Made by a program: the position numbers and the translations under genes. From Vicugna vicugna (Eukaryota), in assembly GCA_013265495.1 (NCBI GenBank), contig MU057801.1, forward strand, positions 248,001 to 312,000: a DNA stretch of 64,000 nucleotides, written 5' to 3'. This document shows, in pieces, positions 1 through 12,450 of the stretch (position 1 is its first letter; each line of letters starts with the position of its first letter). Below the pieces are notes generated by a model. It worked only from the letters and a program-made list of their open reading frames with translations. It was not told where the DNA came from and did no database searches.

Positions 1-260
1 CCTGCCCAGGTAGTCTCCGGGAGGGGGATGATCGTGTGGGGACAAGTGGATCTGTGGAGCCGTGGCACTGGCAAGGGGATCGGAACCGAGCTCCGGTCCG
101 GATGCCCGAGGGCGGGGAAGAGAGGCAGGCCAGAAAACTACCACTCCCGGCATGCCAAGGGGCGAGCCGTTGTGGTCCTAGGCGGCCCGGCGCCGCGGTG
201 CATTCTAGGACTTATAGTCTCCGAAGGCCACGCACCCTTGGTTCCTGGACCGTTGTGACC
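1..260. promoter_or_regulatory. 3' tail of the CpG-island bidirectional promoter region shared by CRNKL1 (-) and CFAP61 (+); lies in CFAP61 intron 1
   Basis: CpG/GC-rich first ~250 nt. The minus strand of 1-96 resembles the human CRNKL1 5' extension (HGSTDPLV vs recalled human HGSTEPLV). The CRNKL1/CFAP61 head-to-head arrangement is known in human. Two ZNF143/THAP11-type motifs are present. Confidence 0.75.
137..218. promoter_or_regulatory. Two oppositely oriented ZNF143/THAP11 (ACTACAnnTCCCAG-type) motifs
   Basis: + strand 137-155 ACTACCACTCCCGGCATGC; - strand 200-218 ACTATAAGTCCTAGAATGC. Both resemble ACTACAATTCCCAGAATGC. Confidence 0.6.
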
Positions 261-639
261 AAATAGCACTAAGGCTAGTAATTAAAAATAACAGAAGGTA
301 TTTTAAAGCCAAGAAGTAGAAAAAAGTGAAAATAGATCATCAGAGTACTAGCAAATAAGTCAGCCTTGTCAGATAAACAGATTTTTAAACTTTCTGAGAC
401 TATGTCTTTGTTTCGTAAATTCTCTTAGCCCCAACGCCCTTATCTATAGGACGAAAATAACATCTCACCAGGATTAAAGAGAAAATCCATGTAAAGTGCT
501 CAGTAAATGTTAGCTGGTATAATTCTTGACCTGCCTTCAAAACCAAAAATTAATTATGTGCATGCAAATGGTAAAAAGAATTTTTTAAAAAAAATGACTT
601 TATTTTTTTAGATCTTTGGATTTTTTTCACTGAAAAAAT

Positions 640-811
640 TGAATGAAAGATACATAAAATTCCCATTTCTCCTGTCCTCCAGCCCCAGGTGCCCCACTAT
701 CAATATCCACCACCAGAGTAGTACATTTGTTATAGTCGATGACCCAGCATTGACATCACACATCATCCTCACCCAATGTTCATAGTTTACATAAGGGTTC
801 ACTCTTTGGTG
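640..811 (-). mobile_element. Old L1 (L1MB/MC-type) 3' UTR fragment
   Basis: Characteristic caccagagtagtacatttgttatagtcgatga...catagtttacataagggttcactctt segment. Confidence 0.65.
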
Positions 812-849
812 AGGATGATGTGTGATATATAACTCCCCGAAGTGTGCAG

Positions 850-975
850 ATCATTTCTGATTTACAGATGAGGAAACAGGCACAGCGAGTTTAAGTAACT
901 TGCTCATACAATTAATAGGCGATAGAAGCTGGGTCCCAGCCCAGGTACTCTGATCCTACAGCCTGTGCTCTTGAC
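850..975 (-). mobile_element. MIR SINE remnant
   Basis: tttacagatgaggaaacaggcacagcgagtttaagtaacttgctca core. Confidence 0.7.
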
Positions 976-1164
976 CGCAGCCCCATGTAGGGCACCTTCA
1001 GATGGTCAGGCTTTCCAAGTAGTCGGTCTCCAAAGAGAGAGTATGTGAGAGACTTTGCTGTGGCAGGGGTGGAGGCCAACCTCACCTAGGGAAAAGTTTA
1101 ATTATGTCTGCAGAGTGTGAAAAATATTTTGAGCCAATATATTAAATCTTGGAGATGTTATGTA

Positions 1165-1307
1165 TGGTGTTTGTCATTTGTTTGTTTTGTTTTTTGGAGG
1201 GAGGCAATTAGGTTCATTTATTTATTTTTAATGGAGGTACTGGGGATTGAACCCAGGACCTTGTGTGTGCTAAGCACACACTCTATCACTGAGTTATACC
1301 TTCCCCC
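1165..1307 (-). mobile_element. Vic-1-type camelid tRNA-derived SINE
   Basis: Reverse complement GGGGGAAGGTATAACTCAGTGATAGAG...GGTCCTGGGTTCAATCCCCAGTACCTCC. TSD gagatgttat(g/a)ta at 1152-1164 and 1309-1321. Confidence 0.88.
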
Positions 1308-3193
1308 AGAGATGTTATATAAATACTAAGGCTTTCTTCCTTTGCAAAACATGAAGATCTGCCGTTCTGAGCCCACATTTTCCCAAGGCAGCCCCTGGCT
1401 GGAACTGAGGGTATGTGAGTCCCCCTGTTCATCTCCATCACCCTGACAGCAAGGCTGTGAGACAGGGGCCTGTAGCCCCATGAGGTGGAGAGACAGTCCA
1501 CACCACCCTATTCTGTCAGAGGAGAAGAAGTCAGACTTGCTTGTTAACTGTCTGGGCTACAGAAACATCTGGGCTGCCCGCTGTTGGCTTTCCCATCGGA
1601 GATGAATAAACTGGCATGGGAGACTTTCCTCTCAATTTCTGTGAGCTTGGACAAGGCAGGGCCACCCCAAGGGCTGGGTTTGCTTGGAGAGCACTGACAA
1701 ACCTCCTTTTGTAAGCCTGTGAGGTTGAGGGTGGTGTGAATTCATCAAGTAGAAGGCGCTGGGTGAGGGTTCAGCACCTGTCCCCTTCCCTGGCACCCCT
1801 GCATCACCCTGCTCCTTGCACACATACCCACTGAGGACTGCGGTTAATCTGAACACTCTCAGACTGTGAGGGTAGGGGACCCTTACTCCCAGAGGCACCC
1901 TCAGGCCACATACACAGGGGTTGGGGGTGCAGAAGGAGATGCCCAAGTGGACACATGTGACCTGAGACAAGTCACTTCACCTCACAGGCCTCAGCTCCCT
2001 CATCTGACAAAGAAGGAGCTTGGCCCCAGGCTGCGTCAGGCCCTGTGATGCTCAAACTCTGGCACTTTGGCCAAGTAGAGAGTGTGCAAGAGTAGAGCTC
2101 AACCGCAAGAGCCCCAGAAAGCCCAGGGGCACAGCACTATGCTTCCAAAGGAGCCCTGCACACTGGAGAGCTCCACGTATCTGTGGTGCAAGACTGGCAA
2201 AGGTCATCCGTGCAGGGGAAGTGAGAGTGGCCGCCTTTGTGGGGACAAACCGACTGGGGGCTAAGAGGCCACCTTCCGGGGCGCTGGGGCACTCCCCCCG
2301 CTGTGCCCAGAGCCCGGACAGTGGCAAGTCAGCTGCCATGTCTTCATGCTTACTGGCCACTACATAAGAAGACGGTTTTTCTTCAGAAGCAAGAGGAGAG
2401 GAAAAAGGAGTGGAGGGAGGGAGTCGGGGAGGGAGGAAAGGACAGAGAGAGGAGGAGCAGGCACATGCACACTGAACACTGAGACGTCGAGGGAGATGGA
2501 AATCGCTGTGTGGCCTCCTGTCCATCAGCAGCCCCAGGGCATCTTTCTGGAAGGTTAGACTCCACCTTTGCTGTCCTTAGAGATTCCTATGAGACTGGCC
2601 GTGGGAAAGGCAGGGTCACACAAAGAGAGCAGGTGCTTCATTCTGGAGCTTCTCAGAGACTTTTCGCGGGCCCAGTGGCCGCTCAGGAAGGCCCTTGCAA
2701 GCAGCGTTTCTGCCACTGGTTTGACCACAGGACTCTTTTTGGCTCAAACTCTCTCTCAGGCCTGCTGCCCCTCAGGGCTCCACTCTGGGGGGCTCTGGAA
2801 CCTTGGGGGCCTGACCACGTGCCGTGGTGGTTGGTTAAACATGAGGACCCTGAATCAACACATAATCCCTCTCAAGGTTTTTCAATCCTATTGTTAGAAT
2901 ATTTTCAAGCTGCTTTCTGGGAAACAAAGAATTCAGTTGCAGACATCCCTAGACAGGCGAGTTCTCAGAAACATCGTTCTCCTGGAGGGAAACGTGTCAG
3001 CTGGCTTTCGGGGACAGTCGTCCCAGCCTGTCCCCAGGAGAAGATGTGTCCCACCAGCCCCTGAATGCCACGTTCACTCTGACCGCATGGAAACTGGGGG
3101 AATGTTCCGTCCTACAAGTACTGTGACCAGACTGGCTTGTCATCTCTGGCTAACGGTGGGCTGTTTTTCTCTCTTTTGGGGACAGGATAAAAA

Positions 3194-3336
3194 ATGTCGA
3201 TACTCACTTCTCCAAGAGGAAAGGCGGAAGTGGTTCACTGCCGAAGAACACAGTCACACGATATTTACTGTATCAAAAACCTCATTAGAAAATTTACCCA
3301 GAAGCTGTTTGGGAATCTCAACGTCATCCATCTTCT
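3194..3336 (+). CDS. CFAP61: CFAP61 first coding exon (exon starts 3186; MSILTSPRGKAEVVHCRRTQSHDIYCIKNLIRKFTQKLFGNLNVIHLL)
   Basis: Branch-like CTAAC at 3150-3154, pyrimidine tract, AG at 3184-3185, ATG at 3194, donor GTAAGT at 3337. Matches recalled human CFAP61 N-terminus MSVLTSPRGKVEVVHCRRTESQD. Confidence 0.95.
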
Positions 3337-4699
3337 GTAAGTACGGAGCACAGTACGCTCAAGACTGTTTGTCGGTTTTATCGCACAACCGAGAGGGCCT
3401 CCACTCCTTTGTCCTCAGGGGGCTTGTGGCAGGGAAGTCGGTAGCAAAACATCTGCCCTCCTGAGAACAACCATGTGTAATTCCTGCAACAACATGTAAA
3501 CTGAAAAGATTTCTCATGGGTTTTGGATTCAGGCAAACTTGGGTTCTGATCTCAACTGCCCACCCACTAATCCAGTCACCTGGGGCAAGTTAATAATATT
3601 AGCTACAGTTTTGAGAATTTATTTTCTTTCAGGCTCTGTGCTTTGCCAGCATGGACATATTTGACTCTGCGGTAGTCACTGTCATGTCCATTTTACAGAT
3701 GAGAAAGTGGAGGCCCGCCCAAGGTCCAGCAGCTGGGAGCTCACAAAGCCTGGGTGTGCTCTTAACCACTTCTGCTGAAATATTCTTCTCAACTTCAAAG
3801 TATGCATAGGGTTTTTTTTCTTAAAAGATCTTTTCTTCTCCCTGTCTTTTGTTTTTTTTTTTTTTTTGGACACCACAGTATAAATATGCTATTATCTGTT
3901 CCTCATTATTTTTACTGAATATGATAAGAGATAGCTCAGTATTTTGGATTTCATAGAGCTTCATGTTAAATACAATGGAAATGTTTAAACAAAGGCCAGC
4001 CTAAGACATTAAAATGAACAGTTTCTGATCCCCATGCTGATGAACATCATGTAAATTGGCACGATTTTGTTGGCGAGCCGGAGGGCAATATATAAAAAAT
4101 GCTCTAAAAATATATATACCGATGAAATGATTTCATTTTTTGGCATTATTGGGGATTAAACATCTTAATGATGTCATCCGGATGGAAACACATTGATACA
4201 CACACACACACAGAGACACACAAAGACACAAAAGGACTATGCAGAAAACATCAAAATGAAATCAAACTTCAGGACAATAGCAGGAACCCATGCAGCTTTC
4301 TCCTTGAAGATTTTTGCTTCATTTTAGAAATCTCACACTTCTCTTTTGACTGGTTTGCAAACAACAGAAGATAAATATTCTCTCCACTTAAGGAGGGAAG
4401 TTGTAAATTTCTTCATATAAAGCTGTGTTGTACTTTGTAAGGATAAAAGAGACATAACCCCCCTGCATTAAAGTGGACAGTAAGGAAACTAGCCTGTTTC
4501 AACCTCAGTGTGGAAGGAAGGGGGATAAAGTCCCCCCAAGAATTCATATGAACATGTTGATTTGAGTCTGTGTTAATTTCCTGTGTAGCTTCCCGAAGCT
4601 TCAGAACTTCCCAAATAATGAATGCATTTTCAGACAACCAAAACTAAGTTAGTTTCCCATAGACTGAATAAAGTAAAGAAACTGGAGAGTTTGATTAAA

Positions 4700-7600
4700 A
4701 ATGGTTGCAGGTCAGTATTGTGTCCAGGAGACCGGCTGAAATAAGTACAAATCACGTCTGAAGGACAAGAGCTTCAGCTCAGACTTCAAATACTACTCCC
4801 AGATAAAGCTCCAAGGAACAGGAATTCACAATTTCACAGTGAAAACCCGCAAATGTACAAAGAAACATGCACCATTAGGGAGAACCAGCAACAAGAAATG
4901 TACAGCAGAATCAGAATCACAAAAACTTTAAACATAAGTCAAAGAATGTAAAATAACTATGTTTACTATGTCTAAAGTAAAAAGATATATTTTAAAAGAC
5001 CATAAAAATGAATAATGAGACTTGGGAAAAACAGTCTAAAAGACCATCTAGAAGAAACACAGTCAAAATTAAAAGCTCGGTGGATGAATTAAACATCAAA
5101 ATAGATACATTTGAAGATAGAAGTAGTGAACTGGAGGATCAATACTAATAAATTACCTAGAATTCAGCACAAAGAAACAGTGACAAAAAAATAAGGATGG
5201 AATATTTAACAACTAGGTCTAAACAGACCTCTAAAAGGAGATAACAGGAAGTGGAAGTCAGTATTTGAAGAGATAATGGCTGAGACCTTTCCAGAATTGT
5301 TGAAAAGCACTAGTTCTTACAGAAAGCCCAATAAATCCCAAAGAGGATAAATCACAGAAAATTCCACAACTAACCACATGAGAACGAAACAGGAAAACAC
5401 CAAAGCTAAAGAGGATGTCTGAAAAACAGCCATAGAGAAGAGACAACTGACCTGCAATTGCACAACTAGAGGTTAGACTAATGATGACTTTTCAGTAGCA
5501 ACAGTGGTGCCCGGAAGACAGTGGAATGTCTTCAGTACTGGGGAGAAAATAACATTAAACTAGAATCATATACCCTGTGAAATGATTTTCCAATATCTAG
5601 GGGAAAGTGGATGTATTTTTAGACAAACAAAAACTGGCTTACCAGTTAGTTTACCAGTGAACTCTGAATTAAGGAAATTCCTCAGAATGCCCAGTAGGCA
5701 GAAGGATGACTCTCAGCTGGAAAAAAACAAGATAAAAGAAGGAACGTCAATAAAAATATGTGCAAATATGTGGGTAAATCTCAGAGAAGATCTAACTTGT
5801 ACAAAACAGTAACATTGACTAATCTAACATAGATATTAAATATAAACAGTAAGTTATAAGACATAAATAATAAGTTACATAAAATACAGAACAAAAATAG
5901 CAGGTAAATTGGGAGTCATGTGATTAGAATGAAAGTAGTCTTAAGGTATTGCTCGAGAGGAATTGCCAGCATTCAAAAGTGACCCCCCCATGAGCCACAC
6001 CTCCTGCATTAAGTCCCTCTGTAGTCCCTTCTTGCACTGAATCAGGCCTTGTGTCACCAATGGAAACAGTGAAAGTGATGCTCTGTGACTTCAAGTCTAG
6101 ATCATGAGTCTGCAGCTTCCACTGGGCTCTTGGAGTGCTCCCTCTTGGAACCCAGATGCCATGTTGTTAAACACTCAGGTCACGTGGCCACATGCAGGTG
6201 CGTCATCTGACGGCTTGGCCCGAGCTCCCAGCCAACAACCAGCATCAACTGTGCAGTGTGAGTGGAGCCATTCTAGGCATCACATGTTCAGATGACTCAG
6301 GCACAAGCACCATCTGACTGCCATTACCTGAGAGACCCCAACCAAAAAACTGCTCAGTCACACCCAGTCAACCCACAAGGCCATGGGAGATAAGAATAAG
6401 TTATTGCTTTAAGCCACTGAGCTTTGGGGTGGTTTGTCACACATCAGAGATAACTGGAGCAGAGGGTAAAGACCTTGTTAGAAATACATGTTAACGTGGC
6501 GAAGACGTTAGGGATAACGATAGGGGTAGAGATTGTAAGTTCTGGTCTATGGAGGGGGAAATGGAACAGGAAATTTTAAACAAACCTGAACCCAAAAGAA
6601 GGCAAGAGAGGAGGAAGAAAGAAGAAACAGAACACATAGAGCATATTAAATTCATGTAATAGGAAGATAGAAAATTCAGCTATGTCAGTAATCAAAATAA
6701 ATGTAGCTGAGTAAAATTTTTCAGTTAAAAGATAAAAATGGACAGATAGGCTGAAAACACAGCAAAACAAAAAGCAGTCAAATTTTACATATGAGACACA
6801 CCTAACATATAAAGTCATGGAGGGATTTAAAGTATTGGTGAAAAAAGATGCCAGCCAAAATTTCATCCCCCTCTTCCCCCACAAAAAAAGAAAAAAAAAA
6901 GGCCAGTGTTGCTATATAAATAGCAGGCAGAATACACTTAAGGGCACAAAGCATCACTGCAGGTAAAGAGGGACATAACATGATGATAGAAGTTTCAGCG
7001 CTTGAGGGAGGCACGACAGCTTTAAACCTGTGTGCTCCTAATGACACGGTCGGAAAATATATAAAGCAAAAGCCAGTAGAACCAAAAGATGAAACAGACA
7101 TGCCCACCCTCATAATGGGAGATCTTAACATACCTCTCTTAATACACGGAAGATCCAGCAAACTGGAAGTCAGTTACAATGGAAGAGGTTTCAACAAGAG
7201 CCCAGCCAAAGGCCTTGACTTGTGGGACATACATAGAACAGTGTACCCAACACTGAGAGCGTATGTGAGCTCGTCAAGTAGACATGGGAACAAGGCTAAA
7301 GACTGACTTCCTCTTAGACCTCCACAGTGGCTGGCATCACACGTAATGCATTCTCCGACAACAGTGCGATGAACTTAGAAATCAATACAAAAAGATAACT
7401 AAGAAATACCCATATATTTGAAACTGTAAATGCAAAAATGAATAATCATGAGTCAAAAAAGAACAATTGGAATACATGAGTTGAATGAAAATAAAAATCT
7501 GTTTCTATGTTAGATATATATTTACATGCACACAACTACACAGGCACAGTACACATGAAATCAGGTTAGCTTTGTGTGCTGCAGCCGAAGCAGGTGTGGG

Positions 7601-10410
7601 TGTTTATGACATTGGAGGCTCCCACGCCTCCGCCTCCGTATTCTCTGTGCCTCTTTGTCCCCCCATCCCCCTGTAGACCCTTCCTCTTACATCGGCCTGG
7701 GCCTGTGAATTACCCAAGAGAATGTGCTGGAAGTGTGCCGTGCCCGGGCCCAAGCCTAGGGCAAGCCGTGTGAGGTGTCCTGGGCACTCACCACCAGGTG
7801 CTGACCCGGCACCAGCCCGAGGCAGTGCTGCCTCCAGTCCTGAACTCTGGGCGCCTCTCCTGCCTGGGCTGAATCCCAGCTCTGCCCGGCAGCATTTGAT
7901 TTTGCGCTCCGGGGAGCCTCAGGTCACCACGTGGAAAAGCCGAGTGGAGAGGCCAGATCACAAGGGAGAACTGAGGACCCCAGCCCCTGGCAAGAAATGA
8001 GGCCCCAGGCCATCTGAGCCACCTCCACTGAGGCACGAGGTGTGTGAGTGAAGAAATCTTCGTGGAGGTTCCAGCCCAGCAGGTAGTCCCGCTGAACTCG
8101 GGCCGAATTCCCAGCCCATTTAACCCTGAGTAAGTGAAACAGCAGGGCCCCACTAGGGCAGAGTCATCTGGATGCAGAAAGACCCAGAGCAGCAGGTCTC
8201 GGAGGAAACGGGGAACCTTGAATTCTCACTGCAGAAGAGAAGAAGGGCCCACCACAGGGTTCTGAGCTTGCTGCCAGGTTGGGCAAAGAACTGCAGAATC
8301 GACGCAGGGAAGACAGAGTGAAGGAAAGGATGGCTGAGAGCAAGTGTCCGTGAGACAGAAGGGAAGCGTCCTGGGAGCATCGGCAGAGCCTGCAGTTGCT
8401 TCTTTAACAAGGTGCAACTTCTCAGAAAAGCCCTGATGAGATTCATCAAGAAGAAAAGAAAGACGGTCACATTTTTGAAAAATGTAGTGTGAAGAGGACA
8501 TAAGTGACATGTGGCAGCTTGAGCAGGTAGTAAAGATGTTGCAAGTCCACAGCCCCCGGACCGAGGCTCTCAGCAGTGTTTCCGATTGCAGGATGTTAGA
8601 AATCCATTCTGTGCATTTACTCTGCCAGCAAGGGCTGGAGCGGCTCCCCAGCTCACACACACTAATGTCTGCGTGCCAGACGCGTGGAGATGTTCTCTAA
8701 CCGGGGTGAAGACCATAGAGTAACCTCATGCCACTCCTTGTCTGATTTGGCTGCTGCCAGCTTATCTGCATAAGATAACGTTCTGGTCTGCAGGGCTTTT
8801 TGGACTTGAAAGGATGGGGGACCTATATTAAAAAACTTCATGCCAAAAATTCTGAAAATGTGGGTGAAAGAATACATTTCTAGAAAAATGTATTTTCCTA
8901 AAGTCAATTTTAAAAGTGATAGAAACCCATTAAAAAATTGAATTGGTAATTTTAAGTCCTCGCACCAGTGAAATAGCAGATACAACAGCCTTTACAAGCT
9001 AACTGTACGACGTGTTCAAGGGTTAGGTACATCTCCACCGAATGAAACTTCCTGGGAGCAGAGAGACAGAGAACACTCTTTAATTCACGTTATGAGGCCA
9101 GCGTCAGGTTAATACCAAAACCAGAGGGAGGCAATACAGGAGAGGGAGGTGAACTGTTAATCTCACACAGAATGAGAGATGGAAGTTACATCCAATCTTG
9201 TTCACGATTGTAAACGCAAAAATTCTAAACAAAACATTAGGAAGTGAATCTAACAATGCATTAACCAATCAGAACATTGATTACTTCGCCACATGCACAG
9301 ACTGAAGGAGAACAAGTATATAATCATCGCAATAAATACAAACATCTGATAAATTCAACATTTCTTCTTACATAACTCTCAGTAAAATAAGAATATAGGG
9401 CAACTACCATAACCTGCTTGCTAGAAGTGTCTGTAAAAACCCTGAATACACACAGTACATAATGACAAGATAAAATATTAAAAGAACCCCTCTTGCTTTA
9501 AGGAGCAGGATGACGAGGCCTGCTGTCAGGACTTCTGTTCAGCATTGAATTGGAGAGCCTCGCTGTTGCAGTAAGAGAGAAAAATAAATCTTAGAGAAGT
9601 GTTAGGATCTGAAAGGAAGAAAGAAAACATTATTTGCAGATGACACATTCTGTATATAGGAAATCAGAAGGAATGTGCAAACAAATCATTAGAATTTGTG
9701 CAAACATTTTAAATTGCTGGCTGCTAAGTCATTAACCAAAGACTAACTGCATCTTTATATACTAGCAATGAACGATTAGAAAACATTTTAAAAGAAGATA
9801 CGATTTATACATTTTTTGAAAGAAGATACGATTTCCACGCATGCCAAAGAGTATAAAATACCTAACGGTAAGACTGACGAAAGTAGCGCCAAGCCTTTTA
9901 TGGGTTATGTTATCAAATTTTATTGAAAGGCATTAGAGAAGACCTGAAGAAAGGAAGAGGTGTACAGTATTCGTGGATCCAAAGATTCAGTATCATAAAG
10001 AAGTGAATTCTTCACCTAATCAAAGTCCAGTAACAAGATTATTTAAGTTGGTAATATGGGTGTAAATTTATATGGCAGAGCAAAGGGCCAGAGCAATCTG
10101 AAAGACGGTGGGAAGACTTGCCCACCTAAAGGCTCATAATTAGGACAGTGCTGTCGTGACCAAAGCCAAAGACTTGGGCCACAGAAGAGATCCCAGAAAC
10201 AGAGCCACACACCTATGAGAACTTGATGATGACAGTGACAGAGACAGCATGATGTCGAAGCCAGTGGGGAAAGGGTGTACCACACGATATTGGTGCCGGG
10301 ACAATGTGTCATCCACACGGAAAGGAGAATATATGTAAACAGCAGCCTCATGTCACACCAAAAACCGCCAGACAATTCTGGGTGAACTGACAACTCATAT
10401 GTGAAAAACA
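4700..10410 (+). mobile_element. Fragmented ancient L1 (ORF1/ORF2 remnants), interrupted by MaLR LTRs and other sequence
   Basis: A-rich L1-like sequence. ORF 6980-7306 has an endonuclease-like remnant (LNLCAPND..KYIKQK..IMGDLNIPL); RT-region remnant tttgcagatgac near 9633. Many stops and frameshifts. Confidence 0.75.
5960..6461 (+). mobile_element. MLT1-type (MaLR) solo LTR
   Basis: Typical 3' end tttaagccactgagctttggggtggtttgtcacacatcagagataactggagca. Confidence 0.75.
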
Positions 10411-10499
10411 TCGAACATCCTGTATTCCCAGCTCATTCATCCAGCTTCCTGGCGGAAGTCACCCCTTGGAAACCTAGTAGGTAGTTCCGACCTAGCGTT

Positions 10500-11288
10500 G
10501 TCTTCACCTGCCTGCAAACGACTCTGCCCACACTTTCCCCATCTCAGTAACGACAGCCACTCCAGCCTTCCACTTGCTCACACCGAACACCCTGGCGTCA
10601 TCCTCTCTGTCTTTCTCTCACGTCCCACACCAGCAACAGCCGTCAACTCCACCTTCACACACTCGGGACCTGGCCTCTCCTCCCACCTCACTCCTACCCG
10701 CCCCGCTCCCCCCGGTCTGGGGCACCAGCATCCTGGCTTGAGCATTACCACGGCGCCCTCAGTGGTCCCCCCTGCCTCCACCTTGAGGTCACCCTCGCCC
10801 CTCCTCCCTTCTGCTGCACCAAACTGTTCTCAACGTAGCAGCCAGAGTGACATTACTGACACTGGTAGGGTTGTGTCATGCTTCTGCTCAAAGCCCTGAG
10901 CTGGTCTGCCACTCCCTGCCCCAAGCTGTGCGGAGACCACACTTGTCCCCTCAGACCTCATCTCCCTTGAACCACACTGACTCCCTTTACTTTTCCTGCT
11001 GCGCCCCAGGCACGTTCGTGCCCCACCCTCTGGTTACTTTCTCTCCGTCCAAGCTCAAATGCACGCTGCCTCCTCCTGGAGGCACCCCTGCACACGAAGT
11101 ACATCCTCTCCCCCTTGTTTTTCTCTATCGCACTTACCACCCCCTGACATTCATGCATTTTACTTTTTCTGGAAAACTCACAAGAGTAGGGGTTTTGCCT
11201 GTTCCCTGCTATACCTCCAGAGCCTGGGAACAAGGCTTAGCACTTGGTAGATGTTCAATAAATGTTTGTTGCATGAATGAATGAATGC
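10500..11288 (+). mobile_element. L2 LINE 3' remnant
   Basis: Ends in tagatgttcaataaatgtttgttgcatgaatgaatgaatg, the L2 3' signature. Confidence 0.8.
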
Positions 11289-11307
11289 AGTACTAGCCGT
11301 GTGACTG

Positions 11308-11720
11308 TGCAACCGGGCAGACCCTTTCCGCATAGCCTCTGCCTTAGCTCCTCTCTGAAGTGCTCAGTTAGCAGCGTCTGATGCATATCCTGACCAGATG
11401 CTAAACCCGCCAGGGAATGGAATTAGCTGCTTGATGATCATGAGCGCCGGACCCAGACCTTCTGGCGCCTGAGGACTGAGCACCGTCGGCCAATCAGAGG
11501 ACTGTGCACAGCTGATCACCTGCCCTGCGAGCCCCCTCCCTCACCAGGCCTTTAAAAAGGCTTCGCCGAAACCCTTCGGGGAGTTTGGGATTTTCCTGGG
11601 TGTAAGCCACCCCGTCCTCCTCGCGCGGCCCTGCGGTAGACTTTTCTCCGCTCCACACTCCGACGTCCGGTTTGCTTGGCCTCCCTCTGCCTCGGGCACG
11701 TGGACTTGCCGTGAGGAACA
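11308..11720 (+). mobile_element. ERV1-class solo LTR inserted in a MIR
   Basis: TG...CA ends; 4-bp TSD ACTG at 11304-11307 and 11721-11724; CCAAT and TTTAAAA boxes; alignable to copies at 17401-17866 and 52550-52976. Confidence 0.8.
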
Positions 11721-11779
11721 ACTGTGCGTGAGTCACTCAATCCCCTAAACCTTAGCTTCGTCCTCTGTGGAACGGACAC

Positions 11780-12450
11780 TTGTGCCTAGTTTGCAGGGTG
11801 AGTGGCGCAGTGAAAACAAGTGTTGGGTGCAGTGCAGTGGGACCGGCTCCAGCAGGGGCTGCGGGAGCCTCCCCGGCCCGCAGAGCAGGAGGAGGCACTG
11901 CCCCGGCGCGCGGTCCCGGGAAACGCTGCCGACGGCGGCGGGAGGGGAGGCTGGCGGCGCTGAGCTGGGGGCCAGGAGCCCGGGGGCCTCTCACCGCCTG
12001 CCGCGCGGAGCCCTTTGAATCTCCCCGGCGTGAGTACGCTTCCCTGCGGAAACACAGGCGACGCCCGGCGCGGGAGCCACCGCGCGGCTCCGACTGCGGC
12101 TCCGGGGCTGACGCCGCAGGTCCGGGGCCCCGGGCGCGCACGTGACCGCGCGGTCGCGCCGCCCGGGGCGCGTCCTCTGAGCCGCTGCGCAGAAGGCGGA
12201 ATGCGGGTGAAGGCGCGGGTTGCAGCTGGGGCCTGTCTGCAGACCTACAGATTTTGTTCAGGAACTTCCACACATCTGCTTCCACAAATCCTGTCCACGG
12301 GCGGTGCTCGTTACCCGAACGTTCTCGTCCGCGCGTTGTTTCCAAAGGCGAGCTCCCCGCCCTGCTGGGTCCGGGAGCCCGCGTGGCGAAGGCCCTTCCG
12401 TAGCTCCTGGATTGGCGGTCATGAAGAGCACAGCTTCCACGGTGAGGCAG
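11780..12450. promoter_or_regulatory. Intragenic CpG island (CFAP61 intron 2)
   Basis: Very high GC and CpG density; CACGTG E-box near 12138. Confidence 0.75.

Noticed and set aside
9783..9834. ~26-bp tandem duplication (catttt..aaagaagatacgattt)
   Set aside because: Ordinary slippage duplication within a dead L1.
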